DNA of 64,000 nucleotides from Mobula hypostoma (Eukaryota): NCBI RefSeq assembly GCF_963921235.1, contig NC_086123.1, positions 3,844,001 to 3,908,000 of the forward strand, read 5' to 3'. Shown piece by piece: positions 52,401 to 64,000 of this stretch (position 1 is its first letter; each line of letters starts with the position of its first letter). The notes under the pieces were generated by a model. It saw only the letters and a program-made list of their open reading frames with translations, ran no database searches and was not told where the DNA came from. The position numbers and the translations under genes were made by a program.

Positions 52401-52548
52401 TAGATTATTTTGAATATGTTTCCTTTCAGGTGGTAATGGTCACTGCGCGAAGTTTATCTGTGAATGTGATCGAAATGCGGCCATCTGCTTCTCGAAAGCA
52501 AAATACAACCCTGAGAATAAAGGCATCAGTCAATCTCGCTGCAAATAG
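46375..52548 (+). CDS. PLA2G1B: Group I secretory phospholipase A2, copy A, intact 4-exon gene: join(46375..46408,46505..46664,47902..48026,52430..52548), 145 aa
   Basis: Manual splicing with GT-AG introns gives 438 nt with no internal stop: [22 protein letters not shown]|[123 protein letters not shown]. It has a signal peptide, an Arg-ended propeptide, the Ca2+ loop YGCYCGxGG, catalytic H48/D49/Y52/D99 and 14 Cys including the group I C11-C77 pair. The symbol denotes the family; one-to-one orthology is not established. Confidence 0.95.
46505..46664 (+). CDS. PLA2G1B: PLA2 copy A exon 2 (propeptide, N-terminal helix, Ca2+-binding loop)
   Basis: Polypyrimidine tract plus TAG acceptor at 46502-46504; encodes ...[16 protein letters not shown]...[18 protein letters not shown]; donor CG|GTAGGT. 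Confidence 0.95.
47902..48026 (+). CDS. PLA2G1B: PLA2 copy A exon 3 (catalytic CCxxHDxCY, pancreatic-type loop, beta-wing)
   Basis: TTTTACAG acceptor; [41 protein letters not shown]; donor A|GTGAGT. Confidence 0.95.
49090..51307 (+). mobile_element. Young 5'-truncated CR1 inserted in intron 3 of copy A
   Basis: ORF2 49102-51243 is broken only by one TAA (49942-49944, in the NYRP motif); KFADD; TTCTATG tail; empty site in B at about 34915-34930. Confidence 0.95.
52430..52548 (+). CDS. PLA2G1B: PLA2 copy A exon 4 (ICECD motif, C-terminus)
   Basis: TTCCTTTCAG acceptor; [38 protein letters not shown] then TAG at 52546-52548. Confidence 0.95.
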
Positions 52549-52746
52549 GAGGTCGATCTGACCATGTGGTTATGATTTTTCTTGACTTTATCTAACAAAT
52601 ACTTTCCTTCCAAATTGTGTCATCTGTTTTATTTCCAGGAACTCAAACATCCTTGAAATCCATATTAACTATGATACTATAATCAATAATCTAATTTAAA
52701 TCCAACACCCCTTATCCTGTCTTACATTATTTGTGCCACTCAGAAA

Positions 52747-52752
52747 AATAAA
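52747..52752 (+). terminator. Candidate polyadenylation signal of copy A
   Basis: AATAAA about 200 nt after the stop codon. Confidence 0.55.
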
Positions 52753-54257
52753 GATTTTCATCACTTTAATCTTTCTCCAAATGAAATCACATACTGGTTA
52801 CTTTATAAACCAAAATCTGAAAGTATCATGTCAATTTTGCCGATATTTTCACTAAAACATCAATGCTGCAGCACTTGCGAATCCAATTGGACAACCAGGA
52901 ATAAATTTAATTGGGATGATAATCATTCCCTCAACCCAGATTTTCCTTAAAGCCTCAGCTGTGGAACCTGAGGAAAAATCTGATCACATCAAGGTGATGA
53001 AAACTTTGTGATGGCCCACAACAGATGCTCAGTTGGTTCCTTACAGAGCGTCTAAACACAATAATGATTGGAAAATGCACTTGGAAATCCAGGTGTGATT
53101 ATACTCAGAGATTGTTTGCAATGTCATTGCTGGTGCCACTCATAATATTAAGGTGATGGGCATGTATCTTCTATAATCAATTAAACCTGATTTGAGAGCA
53201 TTGAAACATGCCTGGCGTCTCACTCTTGTATCACACCACATGTACCACAACGAGGAAAACCAGTCAAAGGACGGGAAGCACAGGCTGGGACTTCTCCTGG
53301 AGTGTTTCCATCCCACAGGCACAACTCAGACAAAACCTTCACCTATTCCATTACCACCCCTCCCCACCCCCCACCACCCATGTGCTTATAAACAAGTAGA
53401 GCACCAAATGAATTTCCAACACTGAACCAGAAGTAAGACAGCAGTGATCACATTAATGAGGTTGTACTACAGGGTCAGAATCAGAATCAGGTTAACATCA
53501 CCGGCATATGTCATAACTTTACGTCAGCAGTACCATGCCATACATGATAAATAAATATAGAGAATTAACCTGAGTGGCATTTGGTATCTATATGTCTGTT
53601 GAATAGTGAAGGTAAAACAAGTAGTACAAAATACTGTAACAGAAATAACAAAGTAGTGAGGTAGTGTTCATGGATTCAATGTCCATTTAGGAATCGGATG
53701 GCAGAGGGGGAGAAGCCGTTACTGAATCACTGAGTGTGTGCCTTCAGGCTTCTGTATCTCCTTCCCGACAGTAACAGCATGAAGAGGGCATGTCCTGGGT
53801 GGTGGGGATTCTCAATGATGGATGCTGCCTTCTCTCAAACTAGCGGGCACAGAATTAAGACAAGAGGGAAAGTGTTAAAGGGGACCTTAGACGTCCCTCA
53901 GCAAATGGGGACAATTGGAAGTGGTCAGGCTGTTTAACACAATGAGTCTGGTGGCTGCCTCATTGGAGTAGGTCAAACATCGACATCTTTCCAAATTCCA
54001 GGCAGGGTGCCCTGTTCTGAAGTCAGTGCACCATTCCCAAATTCCCATGAAGCAATTATCAGGTATTGCATTGCAAGGTTAGCAAATTTCACGACATAGG
54101 CCGGTGATATTAAACCTGATTCTGGTTGTGAAGCATCTGATGCCTGTCACCTGGTACTTTCATGGAAGAGAACAGAAGTAGGTGACTTCGAGAGCTTGTG
54201 CAAGGACTCACTCCTGTTTTAGCTTCTGACTGCTGTGGAATTGATGGAGTTACAAAT

Positions 54258-54470
54258 AGAGGGAGGGAAAGGGAAAGAGAGAGAGATAGAGAAATAGTGA
54301 GAAAGAGAGAGGGAGGGAGAGACATGAAGTGAGAGAGAGAAAGAGAGAGACAGAGAGAAAGAGGGAAGGAGTGAGGGAGAGAGGGAGAGAGATGAAGAGA
54401 AAAAGAAAGAAGGGAAGGAAAGGGTGAGGGAGAGAGATACAGATAGAGAGATGAGAGAAAAGAGAAAAAT
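54258..54470. repeat. GA-rich low-complexity tract
   Basis: Seen directly. Confidence 0.85.
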
Positions 54471-54479
54471 AGACAGCAG

Positions 54480-57400
54480 GTATTCAAGGGTTATTTCTTC
54501 AGCGGTTTGATCAGGGAATGATTGCGTAGGCGCGTGAACATCAGCCAGTGAGAATATTGAAAGAGTTTAAAAGGAGACAGCTTTACAGAGCATGTGACAG
54601 AGTGGAGGGAGACAGAGTAGGAAGGCTTTGGCTCAACAGGGCTTTGGTAATAATGGGTCAAGGCAATGTAGGTTGCCTGTATTGAATACAGACAGGAAGA
54701 ATGTTTGTGAGGCCGGTGTTCTGTGTTAGGTGTCAGATGTGGGAAGTCCAGGAGACTCCCAGCCTCCCAGATGGCCACATCTGTGCCAAGTGCGTCGAAC
54801 TGCAGCTTCTTAGGGACTGCATTAGGGAACTGGAGATGTAGCTCGATGACCTACGTCTGGTCAGGGAGAGTGAGGAGGTGATAGACAGAAGCTATAGGTA
54901 GGTAGTCACACCAGAGCCTCAGCTGACAGATAAGAGGGTAACAGTCAGGAGAGGGAAGGGCAGGAGTCAGAGGCTAGAGAGTACCCCTGTGGCTGTACCC
55001 CTTGACAATAACTACTCCTGTTTGAGTACTGTTGGTGGGGACAGCCGACCTGGAGGAATCAACAGTGGCCATGCCTCTGGCACAGAGTCTGGCCCTGTGG
55101 CTCAGAAGGGTAAGGAAAGGAAGAGGATGGCAGCAGTGATAGGGGACTCTATAGTTAGGGGGTCAGACAGGCGATTCTGTGGACGCAGCAAAGAAGCACA
55201 GATGGTAGTTTACCTCCCAGGTGCCAGGGTCTGAGATGTTCCTGATCGCATCCACGAAATCCTGAAGTGGGAAGGTGAACAGCCAGAGATCGTGGTACAT
55301 ATTGGTACCAATGACATAGGCAGGAAAAGGGAGAAGGTCCTGAAAGCAGACTACAGGGAGTTAGGAAGGAAGTTGAGAAGCAGGACCACAAAGGTAGTAA
55401 TCTCGGGATTACTATCTGTGCCACGTGACAGTGAGTATAGCAAAAGAGTGAGGTGGAGGATAAATGCGTGGCTGAGGAATTGGAGCAGGGGGCAGGGATT
55501 CAGATTTCCAGATCACTGGGACCTCTTTTGGGGCAGGAGTGACCTGTACAAAAAGGACGGGTTGCACTTGAACCCCAGGGGGACCAATATCCTGGCAGGG
55601 AGGTTTGCTGAGGCTATTGGTGGGAGTTTAAACTCGTATTGCTGGGGGCGTGGGAACCAAACTGAAGAGATGGAGGAAGAGGTGGTTGGCTCACAAATAG
55701 AGAAAGCTTGGAGACAGTGTGAGAGGGATGACAGGCAGGTGATAGAGAATGGACACAATCAGATGGACAGTTTGAGATGTGTCCATTTTAATGCGAGGAG
55801 TATTATGAACAAAGCGGATGAACTTAGAGTGTGGATCAGTACTTGTAGCTATGATGTTGTGGCTGTTACAGAGACTTGGATGGTGCAGGGGCAGGAATGG
55901 ATACCTCAAGTTCCAGGCTTCAGATGTTTCTGAAAGGACAGGGAGGGAGGCAAAAGAGGTGTGGTATTGTTGATCAGAGATAGTGTCCCAGCTGCAGAAA
56001 AGGAGGAAGACATGGAGGTATTGTCTACGAGTCTCTGTGGTGGAAGTCAGGAACAGGAAGAGGTCAATAACTCGACTGGGTATTTTTTATAGACCACCCA
56101 ATAGTAAAAGGGAAATCGCAGAGCAGATATGGAGACAGATTCTGGAAAGGTGTAATAACAGGGTTGTCAAGGCTGGAGATTTTAATTCCCCAAATATCAA
56201 TTGGCATGTCCCTAGAGCGAGGGGTTTAGATAGGATCGAGTTTGATAGGAGTATTCAGGAAGGTTTCTTGACACAATATGCAGATAAACCTACAAGAGGA
56301 GAGGCTGTACTTGATCTGGTATTGGGAAATGAACCTGGTCAGGTGTCAGATCTCTCAGTGGGAGAGCATTTTGGAGATAGTGATCACAATTCTATCTCCT
56401 TTACCATAGCATTGGAGAGGAATAGGACAGACAAGTTAGGAAAGTTTTTAATTGGAGTAAGGGGAAATATGAGGCCATCAGGTAGGAACTTGGAAGCGTT
56501 AATTGGGAACTGATGTTCTCAGGGAAATGTACGGAAGAAATGTGGCAAATGTTCAGGGGATATTTACATGGAGTTGTGCATAAGTACGTTCCAATGAGAC
56601 AGGGAAAGGATGGTAGGATACAAGAACCATGGTGTACAAAGGCTGTTGTAAATCTAGTCAAGAAGAAAAGAAGAGCTTACGAAAGGTTCAAAAAACTAGG
56701 TAATGATAGAGATCTAGAAGATTGTAAGTCTAGCAGGAAGCAGCTTAAAAATGAAATTAGGAGAGCCAGAAGATGCCATGAGAAAGCCATAGAGGAGAGG
56801 GTTAAGGAAAACCCCAGTGGAAAAGTGTGTATGGAACTGGAGGAGATAGCAGAGGTACTTGATGAGTACTTTGCTTCAGTATTCACTGCAGAAAAGGATC
56901 TTGGTGATTGTAGGGAAGACTTACAGTGAACTGAAAAGCTTGAGCATGGAGATATTAAGAAAGAGGATGTACTGGAGCTTTTGGAAAGCATCAAGTTGGA
57001 TAAGTCACTGGGACCAGACAAGATGTGCCCCAGGATACTCTGGGAGGTGAGGGAGGAGATTGCTGAGCCTCTGGCAATGATATTTGCATCATCACTAGGG
57101 ATGGGAGAGGATCTGGAGGATTGGAGGGCTGCAGATGTTATTCCATTATTCAAGAAAGGGAGTACAGGTAGCCCAAGAAATTATAGAACAGTGAGTCTCA
57201 CTTCAGTGGTTGGTAAGTCGATGGAGAGGACCCTGAGAGGCAGGATTTATGAACATGTGGAGGGGCATAATATGATTAAGAATAGTCAGCATGGTTTTGT
57301 CAAAGGCAGGTCGTGTCTTACGAGCCTAATTGAATTTTTTGAGGATGTAATTAAACACCTTGATGAAGGTGATATATGGAGATGAAGTGTAGATGAAGTG

Positions 57401-57700
57401 TATATGGATTTCAGTAAGGCATTTGACAAGGTAACCCGGGCAAGGCTAATTGAGAAACTTAGGATGCATGGGATCCAAGGGGACATTGCTTTGTGGATCC
57501 AGAAACAACTTGCCCATGGAAGGCAAAGAGTGGTTGTAGCCGGATCTTATTCTGCATGACGGTCGGTGACCAGTGGTGTGCCTCAGGAATCTGTTTTGGG
57601 ACCCCTACTCTTTGTGATTTTTATAAGTGACCTGGATGAAGAATTGGAGGGATGGGTCAGTAAATTTGCTGATGACACAAAGGTTAGCATTGTTGTGGAT
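54480..57700 (+). mobile_element. CR1 with 5' end (zinc finger and SGNH esterase ORF1, endonuclease, RT), 3'-truncated at the rearrangement junction
   Basis: VIGDSIVRG, VHIGTND, DGLHLN; FNARSIMNK..VTETW; YRPP..GDFN..DSDHN; ends just after KFADDTK. Confidence 0.92.
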
Positions 57701-60700
57701 AGTGTGTGTGTGTGTGTGTGTGTGTATGCTTGTGTGTCTGTGCTTGTGTGTGTGTGTGTTTGCGTGTTTGTAGGATAATGTCTGTGTTCATGACTGTCTG
57801 CATTTGTGTGTTTGTGTGCATGTGTGAGAGTGTGTTCTATTATGAGTGTGTGCAACTGATCAAAATGGGATTACGGCTTGTCTCACCGATTGAAACATAG
57901 ACTCTGAATACAGAACGAGACGGGGTGATGGGCTGGAATTGTCACGACACGAACTCTCGATAATTGGTATCACAATATGGCGAGGATGTAGTGATATCTC
58001 TGAAAATGAGACGAGTCACTGTGGGACTTGCCCTGCGAGTTGCATGAGAGGTTTCAGAACCAGAGATTGGAAAATGACAAAACATGAAGACCATTGAGTT
58101 TTGTTTGATTTGGGGTGCCTGGATGTGTCGGTAGGATTAATAACCTCCAGCATTCCTACAGATTTCAGACGTTAAGATATGTGTCTGAGCCACAGCCATT
58201 TTGCATTCTTCTTTTTCTTTGATGACCTTGTTTCAATTCACTGAAAAGTTAAGCTTTTAACAGTCTTCCATCATGTAGAATGATTCCTGGTGTAAAGCAC
58301 CTGCATGACTTTTGACCTTCTCCCCACATCAAAAGAACACAAATTTTTTATTAGTCAGTTATCTATACTAATCAATTCAGAGGAATTGATCTGAATTCCA
58401 TTCCAGTCACGTACAGCTCCATATAAACAGTTCCCCATACATACTGGATATGAATACAATGCATCCCTCATTCTGCTGAAGAAGATCTAGAATCTCATTC
58501 CATGCAAATGCACACACCTGCTCAGCTTTAGCTCACTGAACATAAATGAATAGTTCTGACCAATAACAATCGGAATTTGTACTAAAACAACCAAAGTTGA
58601 AGCAACATACATCAAAGTTGCTGGTGAACACAGCAGGCCAAGCAGCATCTATAGGAAGAGGCGCAGTCGACGTTTCAGGCCGAGACCCTTCGTCAGGACT
58701 AACTGACGAAGGGTCTCGGCCTGAAACGTCGACTGCGCCTCTTCCTATAGATGCTGCTTGGCCTGCTGCGTTCACCAGCAACTTTGATGTATGTTGCTTG
58801 AATTTCCAGCATCTGCAGAATTCCTGTTGTTAAAGTTGAAGCACTGGGTTTTTTGGCTGACTTGTGAGAAAATGTTGATTTACAATGGAATGAAATGAGG
58901 GTGAAGGTGGGAGTTGTCGGGGTGTTGGGTTGGTGTTTGAGGTATTGGGTTGAACAGGTCATAAGCTATATTTCCTGCTTCACCCCAGCTCCTGAGCACA
59001 ATGTGAACCTCGACCAAATGGGGTCAAACTTATAAGACGAAAATTGTCACAGAATGGCAGCTGTAGTGATGATGGAGCCTCATTTTCTGTGCCCTAAAGG
59101 TTAAGCAACTTTCAGATGTGAACGGGAAGAGTCATGGAGGGATGGAGAGGGAGGTGATGCTCTTCCTGGGGTTTGGTGACTTTGGTGGTGACCCCATCAA
59201 TAAAAGAACCCCTCCCACCCTCCTTCCTCCAGCTTCACTTTCCAGAGAGTGTTTGGGGACAGGTCCAACAAATATTGCCCACTGAAACCTAAATTGCCCC
59301 CAACTCAGCACGTGCCCGAAACTGACTGTTGAAAACTTGACCCTTGCAACTTTATTGTCAAATTGAGGGAGGGTATCACAAAGGGGCAGTTTTACAGCCC
59401 TGTTTGGGCATGAAGAGACCCACGGGGCACCAGTCTACACATCAGTTTAACAGAGCATTAAGCATCCAAATGTGTGACCACACACACTCCACACCCTAGG
59501 ACACGGGGAGGCAGAAACAAAACCATGTCAGGAGTGAACGTGATGATATCGGGTATACCCATTTTATTGTCCGAAACAAGCCAAGATCTTAAGTCTTGTA
59601 CGTAGCTATTAAATTTCAAAGTTCAAAGTATATATATGCACTATATACAAGCCTGAGATTCATTTTCTTGCGGGCATACTCAGAAAATCCAACAACCACA
59701 ATAGAACGAATGAAGGACTTCATCAAGTCCTTCGCTCACATCCACTGTGATGAAGGGTTTTGAGAGGTTGACCATGACATCTGACATATATACTGTACGA
59801 CGTACGTCCGTGATAATAAACCTGATTCTGATTCAAGAACTGCGAAGGGGCACTGGAAACAACTCAGATCATAATGGAGTTGCACCAAAGAAGAGCAATT
59901 CATTGCTGACTGTGAGATCCCAGAGAAAGAATTGTTTCTCCTGTCGTCACTGAAGACGGCTGTGGTAAGGAAACTGGATTTGCCTCAATGGGCAGAGTTT
60001 ACTCCCAGATAAGATGGCAGGAGTGGAAACCAAATAACAACATCTGTGTCAGTGCTAACCTAGTGCAGTCCCATCAGGAACCATAGAGAGTGTAGCCACA
60101 TGATTCAACCTTTTCCCAGTCCCACATGCAGTTTTGGGGCACCAGACCATCCACTAACGATGAACGTTCACTTCGTCCCTCTGAGTCTCCATTGCTGGTG
60201 ACAAATGGGGAATACAGCCTGAAGGATCAGGCAGACCAGGCCAGGAGAAGACCAGGGAAGTGAAGACATTATGTTGACCAAGGTGGCACAAGGATCAACA
60301 GGAGAAATATTCTGATGTGAGACACAACTCTGCTGACACTTGAAGCAGTCCATCTATGTGATCGGAATGAACTTGCCCATCCTGGATGCGAGAGCTGACT
60401 GATGCTCTGGAACCTATTCAATGTTTCTGATCTGGATCACTGTAGACTGACACTCTGAGTCCTGATGGACCGGATGTTCCACCATGGAACCTGGTAAATT
60501 AATGACTGTGGTTGTGTCACCTCCCTCTCCATTCTTCCATGTCACTTCCCCTCAATACTCGCAGAATTACTTCATCTGCAATACACAGAAGGAAATGTGG
60601 TTCTTCACTCCCAGCAGTTTCCATTCTATGATGCAGCTTTGGGCTTCCAAACCTCAGAACGTCCCCTTTCCCTACCCCAACCTACCACTGTATGTTTGAC

Positions 60701-61072
60701 CCTGTTTGGGTGAGGTTCAAAGTTTCTACTCGGGAGCAGGGACAGACAGCTGAACTTGAAATCTGCCAAGCAACGGTGTCTGACAACTCATTCACAGTCC
60801 CCTCATTTCTCTTTTTATTCCATTATAATCCTTTCTTCTCAGGCTGCAGATTATTGCTACCTGACAAACTCAGCAATTCAAATTACATTTTTAGTCAGTG
60901 TTCCAGCTCTTAGCAGTTTTATTGCTAATTTGCATGTGATGTGTAAGAAGTGATCACTAGATCTGTGTATTCGCATTGTACAAGGCAAAGACTGCTCCTT
61001 ACTGTAACTAAGTTAAAATAAGTAGTAGTTTTCCCAGCAAACTCTTGCTCCAGAAGAGCAGTTTGAACAGGA
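57701..61072 (-). repeat. Segmental duplication arm, inverted homologue of the copy A upstream region 43142-46198
   Basis: Mirror ORFs (43514..43729- versus 60484..60699+; 43860..44045+ versus 60168..60353-) and direct reverse-complement matches at both ends. Confidence 0.95.
58605..58831. mobile_element. Inverted pair of Penelope terminal repeats
   Basis: A minus copy then a plus copy forming a palindrome with arms of about 90 bp; 12-bp duplication AAAGTTGAAGCA (58593-58604, 58832-58843); empty site near 45370-45385. Confidence 0.85.
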
Positions 61073-64000
61073 AGAATAGAAGGTACAGAAATAACATTGC
61101 TGAATGTTTATGCTCCTCCAGGTTGTGAATGGTCATTTTATAGACACATTTTTGACCTAATGGTTAGTTCTCAAGGGGTAGCAATTTGTGGAGGGGATTT
61201 TAATATTAGATTAAATCCTGTATTAGATTCTTCAAGAATAGTTACTCAGAATAAACCTCTGACTCGGAAAATGAATTTATTGATGGAGGAGTTGGGAATT
61301 ATAGATGTGTGGAGGGAATTACACCCCACTAGTAAAGATTATACACATTACTCTTTCCCTCATTCAGCCTATTCAAGGATAGACTATTTCTTTATCTTTA
61401 ATACAGATAGACTCAGGATAAAAAACTGTAATATTGCAACAATTGATCTGTCGGATCATAGCCCAGTCTCTATGTCTCTAATCCTGGAAAGGAAAATGAG
61501 GAAAACACTATGGAGGCTAAACTCACATATACTTAATAACCCAAAAGTAATGGAGAGATTAAGGGGAGAAATCAAAGAATATCTAGACCTTAATGACACG
61601 GGAGAAACATCACCAGTGATCTTATGGGATACATTGAAAGCTGTACTGAGAGGGAAAATTATTTCCATTACCACTCACATGAAAAAAATCAATGCACAAA
61701 AATTAGCAGACCTTCAAGGAAAATTAAAACAACTTCAAGTTGTAGATAGCAACAAAAGTAATTCAAATCTAAAACAGGAAATTAGGAAATTGCAAAGTGA
61801 AATTGACGATATTTATACATTGGAAGCTCAAAGAAATTTTCTCTACCTGAGACAAAAGAATTATGAAGTAGGAGGTAAATCAGCTAGATTATTAGCATAT
61901 AAATTACAAAAACAACAAGCAGACAATACAATTCATAAAATAAAGATTCCAAAGACAAAGCTTGCGGAGAGTACAATAGGGAAAATTCAAGAGAGTTTTG
62001 AAACATATTATCAAGAGCTGTACTCCCAACCCCAGGCCCCCAATGAGCCCTATATAGACAGTTTATTGAATACTTTAGATCTACCTAAACTTACAGATTT
62101 ACAAAATGAAAGTTTATTAGAACCAGTAACTGCCAAAGAACTGAACGTGGCCATCTCTAGGTTAAAGGCTGGAAAGTCCCCGGGTTCTGATGGGTTTACC
62201 TCAGAGTGGTACAAGTCCCTGAAGACACAGTTAGCCCCATTACTACTTAACACCTTTAATTGGATCTTGCAGAGAGGAGAAACTCCACCTTCCTGGAGAG
62301 AAGCGATTATTTCAGTTATTCCTAAAGAGGGTAAAGATAAACTAGAATGTGGCAATTATCGGCCAATTAGTGTTCTTAATTTAGATTACAAACTATTTAC
62401 ATCTATATTAGCGTGCAGATTGGAAAAGCTTTTACCTGGCCTAATCCATTTAGACCAGACTGGATTTATTCAACAAAGACAAACACAGGACAACATAAGG
62501 AGAACTCTGCACATATTAGAACAGGTTAATAAGAACGAGACAGAGACAATGGTAGTAGGATTAGATGCTGAGAAAGCTTTTGATTCGGTTAGTTGGGCAT
62601 TCCTATACAGAGTGTTAGGAAGATTCGGCTTTCAAGAAAAGTTTATTAAAGTAATTCAGACTCTATATGACAGCCCTACAGCCCGAATTAAGATAAATGG
62701 GGACCTCTCTGACTCTTTCATCTTAGAGAGAGGCACTCGACAAGGATACCCAATTTCTCCTCTCCTTTTTGCGCTATATATTGAACCGCTTGCCCAACTA
62801 ATAAGACAGAGCGAAATCCTAAAAGGTATCAAGGTGGCAGGGATTGAACAGAAAGTGGCGTTATTCGCAGATGATGTTTTGGTCTATATGAGTGAACCAG
62901 AAAAATCATTTATAGGATTGTTTACACTGTTGGATGACTTTGGGAAAATATCAGGTTATAAAATAAATGTAAAGAAAACGCAGGTTATGTCCCTAAGTTA
63001 TACACCATCCAAAAAATTGCAGGATACATATGATCTTAAGTGGGAAGCTAAATCATTAAAATATTTAGGAATAACCCTGCCGAAGGATCTTTCAACGCTG
63101 TCACAGGTAAATTATGGGCCATTAATCTCAGAGATAAAAGCAGATATGCATAGATGGAATCTTATCCCCTTTTTAAGTTTAAATTCAAGGATAAATACTA
63201 TAAAAATGAATATTCTTCCTCGGTTACTGTATCTTTTCCGTACTTTACCTGTGGAGATGGATGATAATCAAATCAGGGAATGGGACAAATGGATTTCCTG
63301 CTTCATTTGGCAAGGAAGGAAACCTAGAATTCGATATAACACCTTACAGTTAGGGAAGGAAGGCGGAGGTATGGTTCTTCCTTGCCTGAGAAATTATTTT
63401 TATGCCTCACAGATAACCCCTCTATTATATTGGTGTAATAGGGAATATAAGGCTAGATGGAAGGAAATAGAATTTGGATTAGTTGACAGTTTTCCTCTAC
63501 AGGCCTCAATAGCTGACAAAGGATTGATGGCCCAATTGGAAAAATTTAAAAACAGTTCGATAAATCTTACTTTAAAGGTATGGCAGAAGGTGATTAATTC
63601 GTGTGGAATTAATAACATGTTAAAACTCTTCAGATGGTGTGCATATGATACCGAATTCCTTCCCAACAGAGGAGATAAAAGATTTGAATTATGGAAAAAG
63701 AAAGGTCTTACAACCTACCTCTCATTTATAGATAAAAGAGTATTACAAAGTTTCCAAATCCTGCAGGACAAACATGGCCTAGAACACAATGACTTTTTTA
63801 GGTACCTTCAAATACGAAACTATGTTAACCAGAGTTCTAGATATACAGACCTATCAACAGTAGAATTAGAATTTTTCAAGATCCTGAATTTGGCTTGCAG
63901 TTCAATACCTAGTTAATCAGTTTCTCGAGTATATAATGCACTCTCCCATGCTAAAAATGTAAACACATTGTATATTAAAGAGAAGTGGGAGAAAGAAGCG
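61073..64000 (+). mobile_element. L1-clade LINE ORF2 (APE endonuclease and RT), 5'-truncated, running off the window
   Basis: 939-aa ORF 61097..63916 with NVYAP, GGDFN, SRIDY, SDH, NYRPIS, LDAEKAFD, RQG.PISP, FADD; the stop at 63914-63916 appears premature. Confidence 0.95.

Noticed and set aside
31280-61072. Inverted arms as an allelic haplotype duplication in the assembly
   Set aside because: The arms differ by several percent, by copy-specific TE insertions with TSDs and by 21 amino acids, which fits true paralogues; the junctions still need long-read confirmation.

Overview
Eukaryotic, repeat-dense vertebrate DNA. The CR1/L2/Penelope/hAT/Tigger repertoire suggests a cartilaginous fish, probably a ray; this is inference. 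The only real host genes I can support form a small cluster of group I secretory phospholipase A2 (PLA2G1B-like) genes, which the ORF track largely misses because they are spliced. Copy A (+, four exons, 46375-52548) is intact and encodes a 145-aa prepro-enzyme. Copy B (-, 33615-40296) has intact exons 2-4, but its start codon and proximal promoter are replaced by a retroelement 5'-UTR-like sequence, and its apparent upstream region lies 17.4 kb away (57701-61072) on the far side of copy A. Copy C (+, about 25130-27250) is an older relic that retains only exon 4, with a nonsense codon. A and B differ at 21 amino acids but at only 3 purely synonymous codons, while intron 1 is identical and intron 2 is about 98% identical. 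This exon-accelerated pattern is the one known from snake-venom PLA2 genes, so the cluster is a candidate toxin or otherwise adaptively evolving locus. The rest of the window is transposable elements (CR1, L1, L2, RTE, R4/Dong, Penelope with hammerhead motifs, hAT, Tigger, Gypsy, class I and ERV-L-like retroviral remnants), an RBM25 retrocopy and TE-derived minisatellites. All counts are by hand.
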